The translations under genes were made by a program, and so were the position numbers. DNA of 63,722 nucleotides, filler included, from Reticulomyxa filosa (Eukaryota; Protista; Foraminifera): NCBI GenBank assembly GCA_000512085.1. It is 18 parts of 18 records of this genome, joined end to end, with 100 filler letters (N's around TTAATTAATTAA, not from the genome) between each part and the next. Parts side by side here need not be neighbours in the genome. Positions count along the whole stretch, not along the records: positions 26,014 to 31,183 come from ASPP01027079.1; positions 31,284 to 33,883 come from ASPP01046816.1; positions 33,984 to 38,070 come from ASPP01018149.1; positions 38,171 to 40,595 come from ASPP01009256.1; 14 more parts are not named here. One strand, 5' to 3'. Numbering within the stretch: position 1 is the stretch's first letter; each line of letters starts with the position of its first letter. Below, piece after piece: positions 26,014 to 38,317 of the stretch. The notes beneath the pieces are model-generated. The model saw nothing but the letters and a program-made list of their open reading frames with translations, was not told where the DNA came from and did not search any database.

Positions 26014-26515
26014 GAGCGAAGGTGCAATGTTCAACTCCCATCTGAAAAAAGCTTTAGGAGATGGAGTGGAAAGCAGTGTGTTGGAGTACGGCGAGAATAC
26101 ACAGCGTTTTAAGTTGACGGATGTCGGAAGAAACGCCAGAAAACTGAGCAGAACCGCACCAGAAAAAAAAACGATAACAAAGCGAACCACGTCCAAGTCT
26201 ACAACAAGCAAAAAAAAGACAAAACGAGGCACGAGCTCAAGTAAAAAAGCCTCAAAAAGAAAGCCGGAAACGAAGAAAAAGAGAAAAAGCCGAACCCAAA
26301 AAAATAAGGACTCAGCAACGCCTTCTCCTCGTCGAAGCAGACGAAAATCAACCACTTCGTCACCAGATAAAACGAAGGAGATAAAGTCCGAAGAAACATC
26401 ACCAACAAGAAGCAGAAGAAAAAGTAAGTCCGCAAAACCGGACTCCGCTACTGATGCTGCCAATGCTCCTACCAGAAGAAAAAGAAAGCGCTCGATAGTT
26501 GCAGCCAAACCCTAA
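26014..26515 (+). CDS. linker histone H1-like protein (5' truncated)
   Basis: End of an H15 winged-helix domain (FNSHLKKALGDGVESSVL...RFKL), then a K/R/S/T-rich tail with SPRR, SPDK and SPTR motifs. Confidence 0.75.
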
Positions 26516-27015
26516 TTAGAAAAGTTGTTTTTTCTTTTGTGGCACCAGGTGTTTTTCAACACCAATTTTTTTTTTTTTGGTCGTTGTGAAAAATTAAAAA
26601 AAAATTTGTAGTGTTTTGATGGAGTGTTGTGTGTGAGGAAAAGTAATTGGATTGTTTTTTCACACTCGGACCAGACAAAATTGGTGGTTGAGAAAGAAAC
26701 ATCTTTTTGCTTTGCACAAATCGCAGTCACTGTTTTGATTTGTTGAATTTCTCCACTGATAACCAAAGGAATTCAAACTTTTCGTCTTTTTTTATTGCAA
26801 TATTCTTACGTTGATATCCTTTCGGAGAAAGTAGGAAAAACTTGAAAAGGAAAGTTCTTTTCAACCGAATATTGTTAAACTGTTTTTTTTTACCAATTAA
26901 TTCGTCAGCCGTTGAATTTCCTTATTTAACTAGTTTCTCAAAGATGAAGAAGTAAGCTCTGCTTGACTAAATTACTTTGAAAAGAGAAGTGACGTTTTGT
27001 TGTTAATGTACGGTA

Positions 27016-29463
27016 ATGAAAATAAACAGACAGCCAGGAAACCTTTTTAAAATCCAACAAGGAACAGTTTTAGTAATGACGTTTTTAAGTTATTCTTCAT
27101 TGCACGCTTGTCGACAAGCCTTTGCCAAGTATGATTATTCTGTGCGATGAGTGACAAAGCCCTATGAAATATGATTAAAGCAACTCTTGTTGTTTTTTTC
27201 ATTTCTCGTTTTTTTTTTTTGGTGTATATGACAAGCTGGAGTTTAAACACTAGTGTTGAATATTATATACGAAACAATAAAGTGCGAAAGACGATATGCG
27301 CAATCATTGGGGTTTTTCAAAGCATATGGAAGGTGCAATGGACGCAGTATTTTTATTCTGTTATGCCATAGGACTGTACATTAGTGGAATGACAGGCGAT
27401 AGATTCAACGCAGTGAATGTGCATGGACTGGGATTGATTATAACAGGTGTCATTGTGGCTTTTTTTGGTATGTCAATTCCAGTGTTCGGGATCGCTTCAA
27501 AGTATACGGAATATTTTTTTTCTTATGGATTTTGAATGGTTTCGCACAATCGAGTGGCTGGCCAACAGCGATTAAGTTAATGGGAAACTGGTTTGATGAA
27601 GGCCATTCTGGTTTCATTTTTGGTATGTCCCTTCACTCACTATATATATATATATATATGTATATCGATTCGTGTATTACTTTGATACATTTAATCTGTT
27701 TTTTCATCAAACCAAAATGTATTTTATACACAACGCAAAATACAAGAGCAGCAACAAGTGCTTATTTTTTTAATTTTTTTTATTTTAATAATTATTGTAA
27801 AAAGCAGTGATTAATTATATACACACATACATATACATATTTTCTTTTTTTTTAATTAACAAAAGGTTTGTGGAGTTCCAACGCGTGTGCAGGAAATATT
27901 TTGGGAGCGGGGATGGTATCAATTGTACTTAATCAAAAATGGCCCATACAGTGGATGTTTCTGTTGCCTGCGATAAATGCCTGGGTTATCGGTGGTCTCG
28001 TTCTTTTGTTGGTCCATGAAAAACCCACGACTGTTGCTACTTCTCTTGCAGAAAGGTCAATACTGTGAAATTACGTATACACGCATATATATGTACACGT
28101 CTATATTATGCATTGAATAGATTTGTTATGTACCAAATATTTTGGTTATTTTTTTTTAAGTTCGAACGTATACATATATGTTTTCACCTTAATGTTTCTT
28201 CAAAAGTAATTTAAACGTACACTTGGTCCCCTTCTCCTCCCGCATTTCTTCGTATGATGTACAGCCATAAATACGTTGCCAATAGTCTTGTGGAGCAACC
28301 TCGCGCAAATACGCCCGACAGTGAAAGCGAAGAGCACAAGCAAGTCGTGCATAGTTTATTGCCAGCAGCAGTATCAGGAAGGGATAGCCTGGAAAATGAA
28401 CACGAACATGAACTTAAAGATGAACATGAAGATAAACACGAACATGATGAAAAACACGATATCTCATCCCCACCGCAAAATTTGCCGTCATCTCAGCATG
28501 TACTATCCAGCCACACCGCAAATATACGAAAAAGGAGGAGAGAGAAGGTGATACACGTGTGCATTAAAATAGAACACAACAAAACAGATCTTGTTTGTTT
28601 GCTTGTCTGTATGGCTGCTTTATCAAATAAAGGAGGTAAAACATTTAATCGGTGAAAAATCCAAGGAAAAGACGACCCATGAGAAGGAACGAACTCGAAC
28701 TCAGATATCATTTTGGGAAGCTATTCGTATTCCGAATGTGATAATGTATGCCGTGTGCTATTCATGTTTGAAAAGTGTCAATTATGCCATGTTCTTTTGG
28801 CTGCCTTATTATTTGGGCAACTCGTTTGGAGATAGCACAGCCAATCAATTGTCTATGCTATACAACGTGGGCCAAATTTTTGGCAGTTGGATTTGCGGCT
28901 GGATATCGGATTCCATGCACAAACGTAGTCCTGCCATTTTTTCCTTTTGGTTTTGGCGATTTTACCTACCATTTTATTGCGCACAAACACGTCCAACGGG
29001 CTGTTTGTTGGGACCATGATCACCGCTTCTGGATTTTTGATTGGTTGGTTGAAATTTTTGTTGTTGTTGTTGTCTCTCTTCTCTGCGCATATTGCATTTA
29101 CTTGTGTGCAACAAAAAAAAAACAAAAAAAACGTAATATACAATTTTTTGCCTCAATGACAAAGGTGGTCCGGCAAACATGATATCAGGTGCAATTGCTG
29201 CGGACTTAGGGAAACATAAAAGTGTGAAAAATAGTGAGGAAGCACTGAGCACCGTTTCAGGGATAATTGATGGAACAGCATCATTTGGGGCAGCAATCAT
29301 GCAATATTTTGTCGCAATAGTGTCCGATGCAGGCTGGGAGTATGTGTTTATTATGCTCGGTGCTTCTTTAGTAGCAAGTGCAACCATGATTTTACCATTG
29401 TTTGTGCGAGAAACGAAGGAATTAATCCGGCATGGCATCCAACAACAAAAATCTTCAGAATAA
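27016..29463 (+). CDS. MFS sugar-phosphate/Pi exchanger (SLC37/GlpT family)
   Basis: TFLSYSSLHACRQAF, DAVFLFCYAIGLYISGMTGDRFN, NGFAQSSGWP..MGNWF, GLWSSNACAGNILG, YAMFFWLPYYL, GGPANMISGAIAADLG and LSTVSGIIDGTASFGAA. Several introns, and homopolymer frameshifts near 27520 and 28945. Confidence 0.93.
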
Positions 29464-29995
29464 ATATTTTATTAATTTTTTTTTTGTTTTGTTTTTTCTT
29501 CCTCTTTTTTAGTTGTTGGATTGATTTTTTGTTTCTCTCCCCTCATTACATATACTTTTAGGCTTGAATTGAACTATGGCAACGTATTTTTTAAGGTTTT
29601 TTTTGTTCATTTTGCGTTGTTTTGCAGAGGAAACCTGAAAGAGTTGAAAAAAAGATAAATTCTTAAAACTCTATTTTTCAGACACATTATTTTCATCATC
29701 ACAAATCAACTACGTTTTTTTTCTTGCAATTTTTGACAAGGCTTACGTAACACAAAAGTTTGACAGATGCCATTTTGCACTACTCTTTATTTTAAATGTG
29801 AAAAAGTTTTGTTGTTTATTGATTGGTTTTAGCAATTGACGACAAAATCAAAGCTAAATAACAAATAGTAAAACGCCACAGAAACAAACAAAATTCAGAT
29901 AACCATAAGACACTTTTGTTGTGTTTCTCTCTCAGTTCTTCTTTTTGTTTTTTTTTGTGTTCATTTGTTGCCATTGTGTTTCCGCGATTAGACTT

Positions 29996-30815
29996 TCACT
30001 GCTTTTGCTCAGTTTTCTTGAGTTCATTCATATTAGTTCCATGAATTTTAAGCCCTTTGACCTTGATTCTGTTTAAGAAAGTTCGTCCTTCTTCGTCTAA
30101 TTCGGTGGTATCTTGTCCTCCAATATAAATGGACAACGATGACACACTTTGAAACTTAACGAAATTAGTTTGAATTTCTTGCCCTGCATCACTACTGATA
30201 AGTTTCTTTTGCAATGGCATTTCTTGAGTGCAAGTCATGTTTTCCACGTCACTGAAATCAAGTGCGTGACTGGGATTCACAAACAATAATGCTCTCTTGG
30301 GCAAATGTATTTCCACATCTTCATCTTCGTCCTCATCTTCATCTTCATCATCTTCGTTTTCTTTTTTGTTTTCTGTCTTCTCAGTACTTTCTTTCTTATC
30401 GCTTGGCGGAATGTTTGCATAAAATGCTATGCTTTTCACTTTCACTGTATCTTTGAAGCTTATATATACCAACAAGTTACTTCCGATGTCGGAAAGGAAA
30501 CTTTTCTCATCCAAACATACAAAAACAAATACATCAATAGATTTGTGTACGTGCTTTTTTGTTCATTTATCTTGTAGCAAGCTAAAAATGGAGAAGACAA
30601 GGGGGAAAAATACACAATTTTTTTTGTTCATACCATTTTTCACCAGTTAAAATGTTTTCACTTTTTTCAGCTTTATTTTTTAGATTGGAGATTGAAACAG
30701 CCGAAACATGCGAAGCCAAATCAACAGGTTCATCAATTTTGCCTGCTAATGGAGCATTGGCTGTTTGTTCTAGAAGTTGCTTGAAAGCAGCTAATTTTTC
30801 TGCATCCACAGTCAT
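29996..30815 (-). CDS. PITH-domain protein (PITHD1/TXNL1 C-terminal-like)
   Basis: LLVYISFKDTVKVKSI, PKRALLFVN...LDFSD, NFVKFQSVSSLSIYI and GTNMNELKK. One intron and an acidic loop insertion. Confidence 0.88.
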
Positions 30816-31052
30816 GATTGCTTATTTTTTGTATCTAAAAATTTTACGTTTGTAAAGGGTCAGGAAGGTCTTCGCAGCAAGGTCTTCAAAACGACAGGAC
30901 TTTATGATGAAAGAAAAGCAGCGTAACAAATAAAAAACTCTGCCTCCGTCATAGAAACAGCTACTCCAGCGACGGTTAAAAAAAAGGGTACTAGCCATAA
31001 CGTTGAGTGTGAACTTGTGTCGTACTAAAGGGTATAAGTGAAAATCTAAAAG
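30816..31052. promoter_or_regulatory. putative bidirectional promoter
   Basis: 237 nt between the divergent start codons of the PITH gene (minus) and WDR3/Utp12 (plus) on one contig. Confidence 0.5.
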
Positions 31053-31183
31053 ATGCGTAGTTACTTGAAATTTGAAAGACGGTTTAATTTTGGTGTAATA
31101 TATTCACCAACTTCAAATATAGTGCTTTCTCCAAATGGAGAGTATGCCTTTTCTCCGGCATTAGAAAAGATTGTCCTATACAA
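31053..31183 (+). CDS. WDR3: WDR3/Utp12 (U3 snoRNP) N-terminus, truncated by the contig end
   Basis: MRSYLKFERRFNFGVIYSPTSNIV...AFSPALEKI matches the conserved Utp12 start (KSYLRY....FGVIAS..SN...PALE). Confidence 0.75.
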
Positions 31184-31589
31184 NNNNNNNNNNNNNNNNN
31201 NNNNNNNNNNNNNNNNNNNNNNNNNNNTTAATTAATTAANNNNNNNNNNNNNNNNNNNNNNNNNNNNNNNNNNNNNNNNNNNNGAAATGATATCGATATT
31301 GCGGTTATTATCACACCTTTTTTTTTTCTTTCTTCTTGGCAAGCTTGCCTTCGTAGTCGGACAGCGCCAAGATTCAGATCGTCAGCGATTGAGCTGTGAA
31401 AATTTTTTGCAACGGTTTCAATGACATACCAAATTCATTCGTTCAGTCACCCTTGTGACAGGAGACATACTTTGGCCTTGGCTAATGGTCGTGATTGGAA
31501 TTCTCGCATCCATTACCATGTGTCCATTCAATAATTTTTGTGTTGGATATACGATTATTGAAGATACCATTTGTATTTTCTTTTTTATT

Positions 31590-33780
31590 TTTTACAAATT
31601 CGATGTTGTTCTTGCTTCTTGAATGCCATCCAACACATTGCATGTGGTCAATAGTCGATCCAGTAGGCAGTTCGGTAAATATAATAGGCGTTTGTTACAC
31701 AAACGCAAGGCACACAATCCTTGCATTGATGGAGCTAGAAAATGCAACAAGTTCTATCTATTCACTAATTATCAGTTATCAATGTCACCTGCGAGTTTAC
31801 CATTCCTCCCATCAACACGCGCATGTGCGTACGCACAACTAGTTTTAATTGTTGTCCTGAGTTGATATGATTAGCACCATTTCCATTACGACCAAGTTTC
31901 CATTGTTCGTTCTTTGGCGCAGTTAGCTCACAGTTTGACACACCTTTCTGGCTAATTGTTGGCATGATACAGCGACAGAGACTTGTATCTGTTTACGCTG
32001 AATGTAAACAAGTTCTTTGGAATACTTCGGGATACCACTGCTAGACATTGCCATATTTATTTAATACTTTCCATTGAGGCGCGCAATGGGAAGTTAGTAT
32101 ACGTCCGCGAGTGGCGATTTTGCGCATTTCGATAAGTAAAGAACAAATAACTTACCAATTTTAATAAAGCCGGCCAATTGCTTTCTTTTTTTTTTTCCTT
32201 TAAACAAATCCAACTTGATACATACTTGATATTATTTTTCTTCTCTTCATCACCATATTCTTTCTATTCTTTCTTGCCAGTGTCTTGGAGTTTCGGCAAA
32301 GCTAAATTGAACAGTTCTTACACGATTCTCCCGATGTATTGAGCTCTCGATCGCAACTTCGATTATTTTCTAACAATGTTCACGTCCTTTCCTTTTTCGT
32401 CTTCACCTTCTCGCTTTCTTGATTTCTATCCAACACGTCGTCTGTAGCTCATAGTTGGTCCCGGAGGCAGTTCGGCAAAGATAACATGCGTTTGTTCGAC
32501 AAACTCGCAGCACACAACCCTTGCAGCGATGGGCTAGGAAAATGCAACAGCTATCTTTCTTTCTTCAACGATTATCAATGTCCAATGTTTCACTAGCTCA
32601 AAGGTTTCTCCAATCAGTATACTCACAATCAAAAACCCAAAGCGAATGTGCGCACATACACAGCAAGTTTTGGTACGAGTGCTTTATCAAAATTAGCGCA
32701 ATTTTCAAAACGACCAAGTGTTCCCTGTTCATTGGTGCCTATAGATTGCAGTTTAACACCTTCTTTGCTGCTGTGCCTCGCCGACCATTCAGTAGAAGCT
32801 TTTGTGCGTATGTGTTGATACAAATCGTTATTTACAATGCTTCGAACTGCCACGCTTGAAATTGCCACAATCGTTTAGAGTTTTTCATTGGGGCGCAGTA
32901 TTGTAAGTTGGTCCACGCCCGCGAGTGGCGACTTTGCGCGTTTCTAGATATGAAGAACAATTCTATAACAAACTCAACAAAGCCATTTGACTTGTTATTT
33001 TTTTAAAAAAACCAAATCCAAAGCGATACGTACTTACCACTTTTTTTTCTTCTCTTCATCCTCATAATCTTTTTCTTCTTGATTGCTTCTGTGTTGACGG
33101 AGTTTCGCCACAACTTCTCCACAACTTTTCACGACATACCACGTTCTTTTTCTTCTTGGCGAACTTGCCTTCACTATATTTTTTTCATCAACTCCAACTC
33201 CTTCTCTGTCGCCGTTGCGATATCACACTTTTCTACTTTGTGTATCATCAAATCTTTTTTTCTTCTTGGTGAGATTTTTCGCAGTTTAGCTGCACAACTT
33301 TCCTGGATTGAACATGTAAAGTCTTGCCAACTGTTAAACAATAGCACTGACCAAGAGCCAATGTTGCGAATGTGCGTACGCACACGATCAGTTTCGGCAC
33401 GAGTTCCCAATTTATGTGTTGATACACTTTGCACCATTTTCATGACGTTCGAATTTCACTTGTTTGTTGGCGCATGTAGATCACCTATCACGCCAACAAT
33501 TATCTTATATATTTTTGTGCGCATACACTGATGACCAACAAGTTTTTTCCAACCGTTTGAGTTGGCATTGATCGAAGCGCGATATTGAAAATGCTGATGT
33601 CTGGAAATACTCGTCTTCACTCGAGGACGTGAAGGCCAGTACATAACAAATTCCAAAAATCGACTAGTTTTTTTTCTACAGATCCAACTCGAGCTTCTCT
33701 TTGTCATTCTCCTTCTCCTATTCACATTCTTTTTCTTTCTTCCAATATTTGACGGAGTTTCGCACGACTCCTCCACTAAA
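31590..33780 (-). repeat. three diverged tandem ~0.65-0.8 kb repeats, each a pseudogenic unit with a BC-box-like motif
   Basis: Shared anchors: ggagtttcg at about 32287, 33099 and 33755, and ccgcgagtggcga(t/c)tttgcgc at 32105 and 32919. Minus-strand peptides PSMQGLCALRL..LPNCLLDRL, PSLQGLCAASL..LPNCLRDQL and SIQESCAAKL. Many stops. Confidence 0.75.
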
Positions 33781-33983
33781 TTGATCCTCTCTTCTTCTCC
33801 TCCTTCATTTTCATCCCTTTTTCCCTTTTACTTTTCCTCTTTTTTTTTATCTTTTCCTTTTTCTCTTTTTGATCTTTTTTTTTNNNNNNNNNNNNNNNNN
33901 NNNNNNNNNNNNNNNNNNNNNNNNNNNTTAATTAATTAANNNNNNNNNNNNNNNNNNNNNNNNNNNNNNNNNNNNNNNNNNNN

Positions 33984-35232
33984 GGTTCGTTGTATATTTG
34001 CATATTACCTTTTTTCTGAATAATTTGGAATGAATTGAACTCCTGTTTATGTGTGAATGTCAAAAAATATACAAATAAAAATTTATTTGAGAAATTTTTT
34101 GGTGTAAAATTATTAACTGAACAACAATTTGCTAAATATTCCCTATCAAAATGATTTACTGTGCGGAAACGCCAAGTATGATTGAGAATGAGACAAGCCC
34201 ATTTGGCATGCGCTTGATCAATATCAATGTCATTATACAATTGAATATGAACATTGAATTCCAATGATGAATTTTTTGGATTTCCAACTTGTAATGATCT
34301 TATTTTTAATTTATTTTCATTAAATAACATTATTGTTCGATGTTGATAATCAAATAAAATCAAATAGTCTTTCCATTTTTCATTCAATAACATATACGCT
34401 CTTGTTGGAATATCAACTCTTGTTTTATATCTATTTAAAATGATGGTTATATCATTTGTCTTATTGAAAATAAAATAAACAAATATATATAATCAATACA
34501 GGATTTGTAGATTGATCATTGTTTGATAACAATTCCATAGATGTGAAATTTGAATACGATTATGTTGATAATACCAATTATTATCATATCCTTTTTTAAA
34601 CCCATAATATTGTAACTGATTTTCCATATCCACAAAAACTTTTTCCAAATGCGCGCCTAATGAATGACATTTTACTTTTAAATTATTGTATAAAGCTTGT
34701 TTATTAATTTGACGATATTTGATATGTTTAGGATATTTGAAAATATTCCATAAAATATGCAAACATATTTCTCTCAATATTTTTAATTCATTTTCTTCTT
34801 TCACCCTATCATTTTACAAATTATTTTACTTTACATATTTGTTTTATATTTGTTGATATTATTTAACTCATTCAAGCTGCGAGTATCACAAATCTCTTTT
34901 AATTTCTCGAATGTATCTGCATAAATTTGATTGCAATTTTCCCATGTTTGTGATATTGTTGTTTTTTCAAATTTAGTACCAAAATCTTTGAATAATTCCA
35001 TCAAATGGTGTTGTTGTTGTAAATTTGTACTTTATCAAATATTTGAAGCAAAAACAATTGATGATATTTTTGTATATTAAAAAAAGAGAAAAGAAATTTC
35101 TTGTTACGTGTTCTCTATTAGCCATGTTAAAACGGTCTTTGTCTTTTGAATATCTCCTTTAAGCCAGTTTAATGCATCTGAAATGATCTCTTCACTTATC
35201 TTGGGGAATGTTTTTTGAAGCTGTTCAAACAT
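33984..35232 (-). CDS. CUE-like x2 plus PUB-like domain protein (3' truncated)
   Basis: Exon 1 FEQLQKTFPKISEEIISDALNWLKGDIQKTKTVL has the CUE FP...L pattern. Exon 2 is a second similar helical unit. Exon 3 ICLHILWNIFKYPKHIKYRQIN...LQYYGF fits PUB NIxxxPxxxKYRxI...LGF. Introns splice in frame. Confidence 0.7.
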
Positions 35233-35640
35233 GATAAAGTTAATTGCAAAACATGACCCTTTTTTTTTTTGAAAGTTCAAAAATTTGATTTAGAAATATT
35301 ATGATTAAAAAGATATTTTGTCTAGTTTTAATGAATTAGCACCTATCTATCGATAATTTCCTCAGCATCAATTCAATTTAGCCACTTGTCCAACTTTAGC
35401 AACAGCTCGAATATATTTGAAAACTATAAGTTTTTAACTTTTAGTATCAGAATGAATATTTAACTTTTCAAATTTTCAAAAAAAGAAGAAAACGTAATTT
35501 TTTCATGGTTTTCTACACTTTTTAAACAAAATATAGGACATGTAGATATCATTCAAAAATATTTTAATTTTCATGAAAATGTTTATAGTGAGATCATTTT
35601 ATTGTGGTCGATTATGCATCAGCATCTTGGATGGGATTTA

Positions 35641-36901
35641 TCAACTTTTATCAATATCATTGCGTCCATTTTCCGACAACGTATTCATAACATCAGTGAT
35701 GGACAAAAAGTTTTGATTAACCAATGATTGGGCAAATTCTTTAGCATCATCAGGACGCGTTTGATACAAATATGTCATAATGTAATTAAAGAAATTTTTC
35801 TCGTCAATATTGATACTTGCAATTTGGCCAGTTTGATCAATTGTGAGAAAGCCATTAGCTTCTACATTTGGCACTACCAAAAGCACTGTTGTCTAAACAA
35901 TTATTTTTGCAAAGATCAAAATACAAATTCAACTTTACCTCTTGAATACACTCAATCATCTCAAAATAAGTCTTAACTTTGAAAATTTGTGAATTAAACA
36001 AGCATTTGCCAGTGGAAATATCAAAGAAGAGGACAAATCCTGCTTGAGTGAAGGCATACAAAAAACGACAATCGGTGCTTGGTAACATAGAAACAATGAA
36101 ATCGTTTGGATCCTGAAATCGAATTATAGCTTGCACTTTATGAGATGTGCTTCCACTATAATCACTAAGCTCCATTATGAATAATTCCATTATATCCTTA
36201 TTTACACATTCAAACACATTACAAAAATGAATGTTTAATCCAAAGAATTTTGTTGTTGTTGTTGTTTCTTTCAATTACTTTTTTTTTTTAAAAAAATAAA
36301 AATCAATTAAAATCTAAACTTTATTTGGTTTCGCGAAGCAAAATAAAGTACATGGAGACTTTCGTCCACTCAAAGTGGCTTCAACAAAACATCCGCCATA
36401 TGCATTCATTTTTGGTTGGTAGCATTTATGTTGCGCGCTGTACAATTGCAAGACATGTTCAATTTTTTGTGTTTCTTCATTTTTCATGGTTCCCTGCAAG
36501 AACATCCAGTTGCAGTCCTTGCTTGAGTCGTAATTGACAATTTGAAGTTGGCGTTGTTCTGCTTCTATTTCAAACTTCTTTTCAGGATCTGCTACAGCTT
36601 CTTATTTTCCCAGCCGCGTACAAGAAAAAAAAAATATGTGTTAATATCTGTTACATTTTTCACAAGCCTCCATCGCCCTCTCCTCATTGCCATTATTTTC
36701 CACTCTTCATCATCAAAACATTCACACAATCGGTACCTTCCATACTCCAATGGAATACTGCAAGACTAGTTATATATGCAATGGTGCGATCGTTCAACCA
36801 TCTCCAAAATAAAATCTCGCTATCCGCATTCGCCGCTTTCATTTTTGACCTCAAGTCAAGATTATACACTTGCAAAATATTTCTTGCTTTTTGATTTATT
36901 T

Positions 36902-36988
<87 letters not shown>

Positions 36989-37671
36989 GTTACAATGTAA
37001 AGGAGAAATAAAATAGACATCAAATGCAAAATGAAACAAATTACCTCGCAAGGCCAATACCTTTTTCAAAAAAAAAAAAAATGATCATGTCTACTAAATA
37101 AATTATTTTTAAAAAAAGGAAATATAGACTGAACATTGCTTATTGGGTTCAAAATGGCAGAGTCCGCAGACACAGGCAATGTCTTTGCTGTTTTAGTCGC
37201 AATGCTGATGATGTGAATCATGCTATCTTCTTTGATAACAATGGAGCTCGAATTTTCTGCTGTAATTGCACCTAATTTTATTGGCTGTTGAGATATTCCT
37301 AGATCTGACAACTTTTTTGTTTGTTTGTAAAGCGTCATTATTGTTATTATTATTTTTTTTTTTTTAAAAAAAAGAAAATTTCTTTTTTTATTTGTTTACC
37401 ATAAAGATTTGTTGTATCTTCATCAGTGACATAACATAATCGACAACAAGTCTACCCAAATCACGGACCCATCCTAATTTTATGTTTGATATTCGTATCC
37501 AATGTTGAATAATCATTTCAATCTCTTCTACTTCTGTCTGATTCAATCATAAATCACACAAATCAATGTAATAAAAAATCTAAAGACAACAACTTTCTGA
37601 AAGATTGCAATGAAGCTTACTAATACGAGTTTCATTGAAGCTTGTTTTTCATTGGTGAGAGCAGTCGTCAT
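35641..37671 (-). CDS. chimeric protein: WxR-x4-LGW helical module plus clathrin heavy-chain terminal beta-propeller and linker, no clathrin legs
   Basis: Exons 37671-37621, 37537-37400, 37311-37135, 37060-37045 (16 nt) and four more splice in frame with GT-AG. Clathrin motifs: LSDLGI, SADSAILNP, VLALR, LQVYNL..KMKA, FWRWL..AVFHWSME, QIVNY, LQLYS, TLFCFA, NDFIVSM, T.AGFV..FDI.TG. Stop at 35641-35643. Confidence 0.9.
36903..36988. repeat. intronic (AAT)n-(ATT)n fold-back microsatellite
   Basis: About 21 AAT units immediately followed by about 7 ATT units, inside the intron after the 16-nt micro-exon. Confidence 0.9.
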
Positions 37672-38170
37672 TCTTTGCTTCTTTTGTATTTTCTCTTGAG
37701 CTCACCTTAGATGCAAAGATAAAAAAATATTTGAACTTTTATCTCAAATCAAGTTTTTTTTAAAAAAGACCTACAAACAGTGCAGTTTTAAATATGGTTT
37801 TGATTTAGTTTTTTATTACGTCTTTTCTAATTGTTTCAAACATTGCAACTATAGAATGTTGGATAGTCTATACATAACAAATAAAAATTTTTAATTTATT
37901 CGACGAGGCAATATGTTCCTTGTCATAATACTTTTTTTTTTAAGTTTATATTGAAGTTTGTTTTCCATTAATAAGGTAATCATTTCTTCAGATTTTTTTT
38001 TGAATTTGAGTCAGATGATAAAAGACGAGAATGTTTGAATCTGTTTAGATTAAAAAAACAAAGGGGTTGTNNNNNNNNNNNNNNNNNNNNNNNNNNNNNN
38101 NNNNNNNNNNNNNNTTAATTAATTAANNNNNNNNNNNNNNNNNNNNNNNNNNNNNNNNNNNNNNNNNNNN

Positions 38171-38207
<37 letters not shown>

Positions 38208-38317
38208 CAAATAAGTGAATAAATAAAAAAGGGGACTTTATGAAATAATAATGTATAAAAAATGATTTGAGGGAACATTAAACAAAACGGTCAAACAAAC
38301 ATTGATCAATACCATAG

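Noticed and set aside
25966-26508. 180-aa hydrophobic minus-strand ORF
   Set aside because: It is the antisense shadow of the Lys/Arg-rich H1 tail.
28380-28470. His/Glu-rich loop in the SLC37 transporter as a metal-binding site (also the HG/HD tracts at about 62520-62640)
   Set aside because: Similar hexamer-slippage tracts occur in unrelated proteins here (e.g. 55670-55745), so generic repeat expansion is the simpler explanation.
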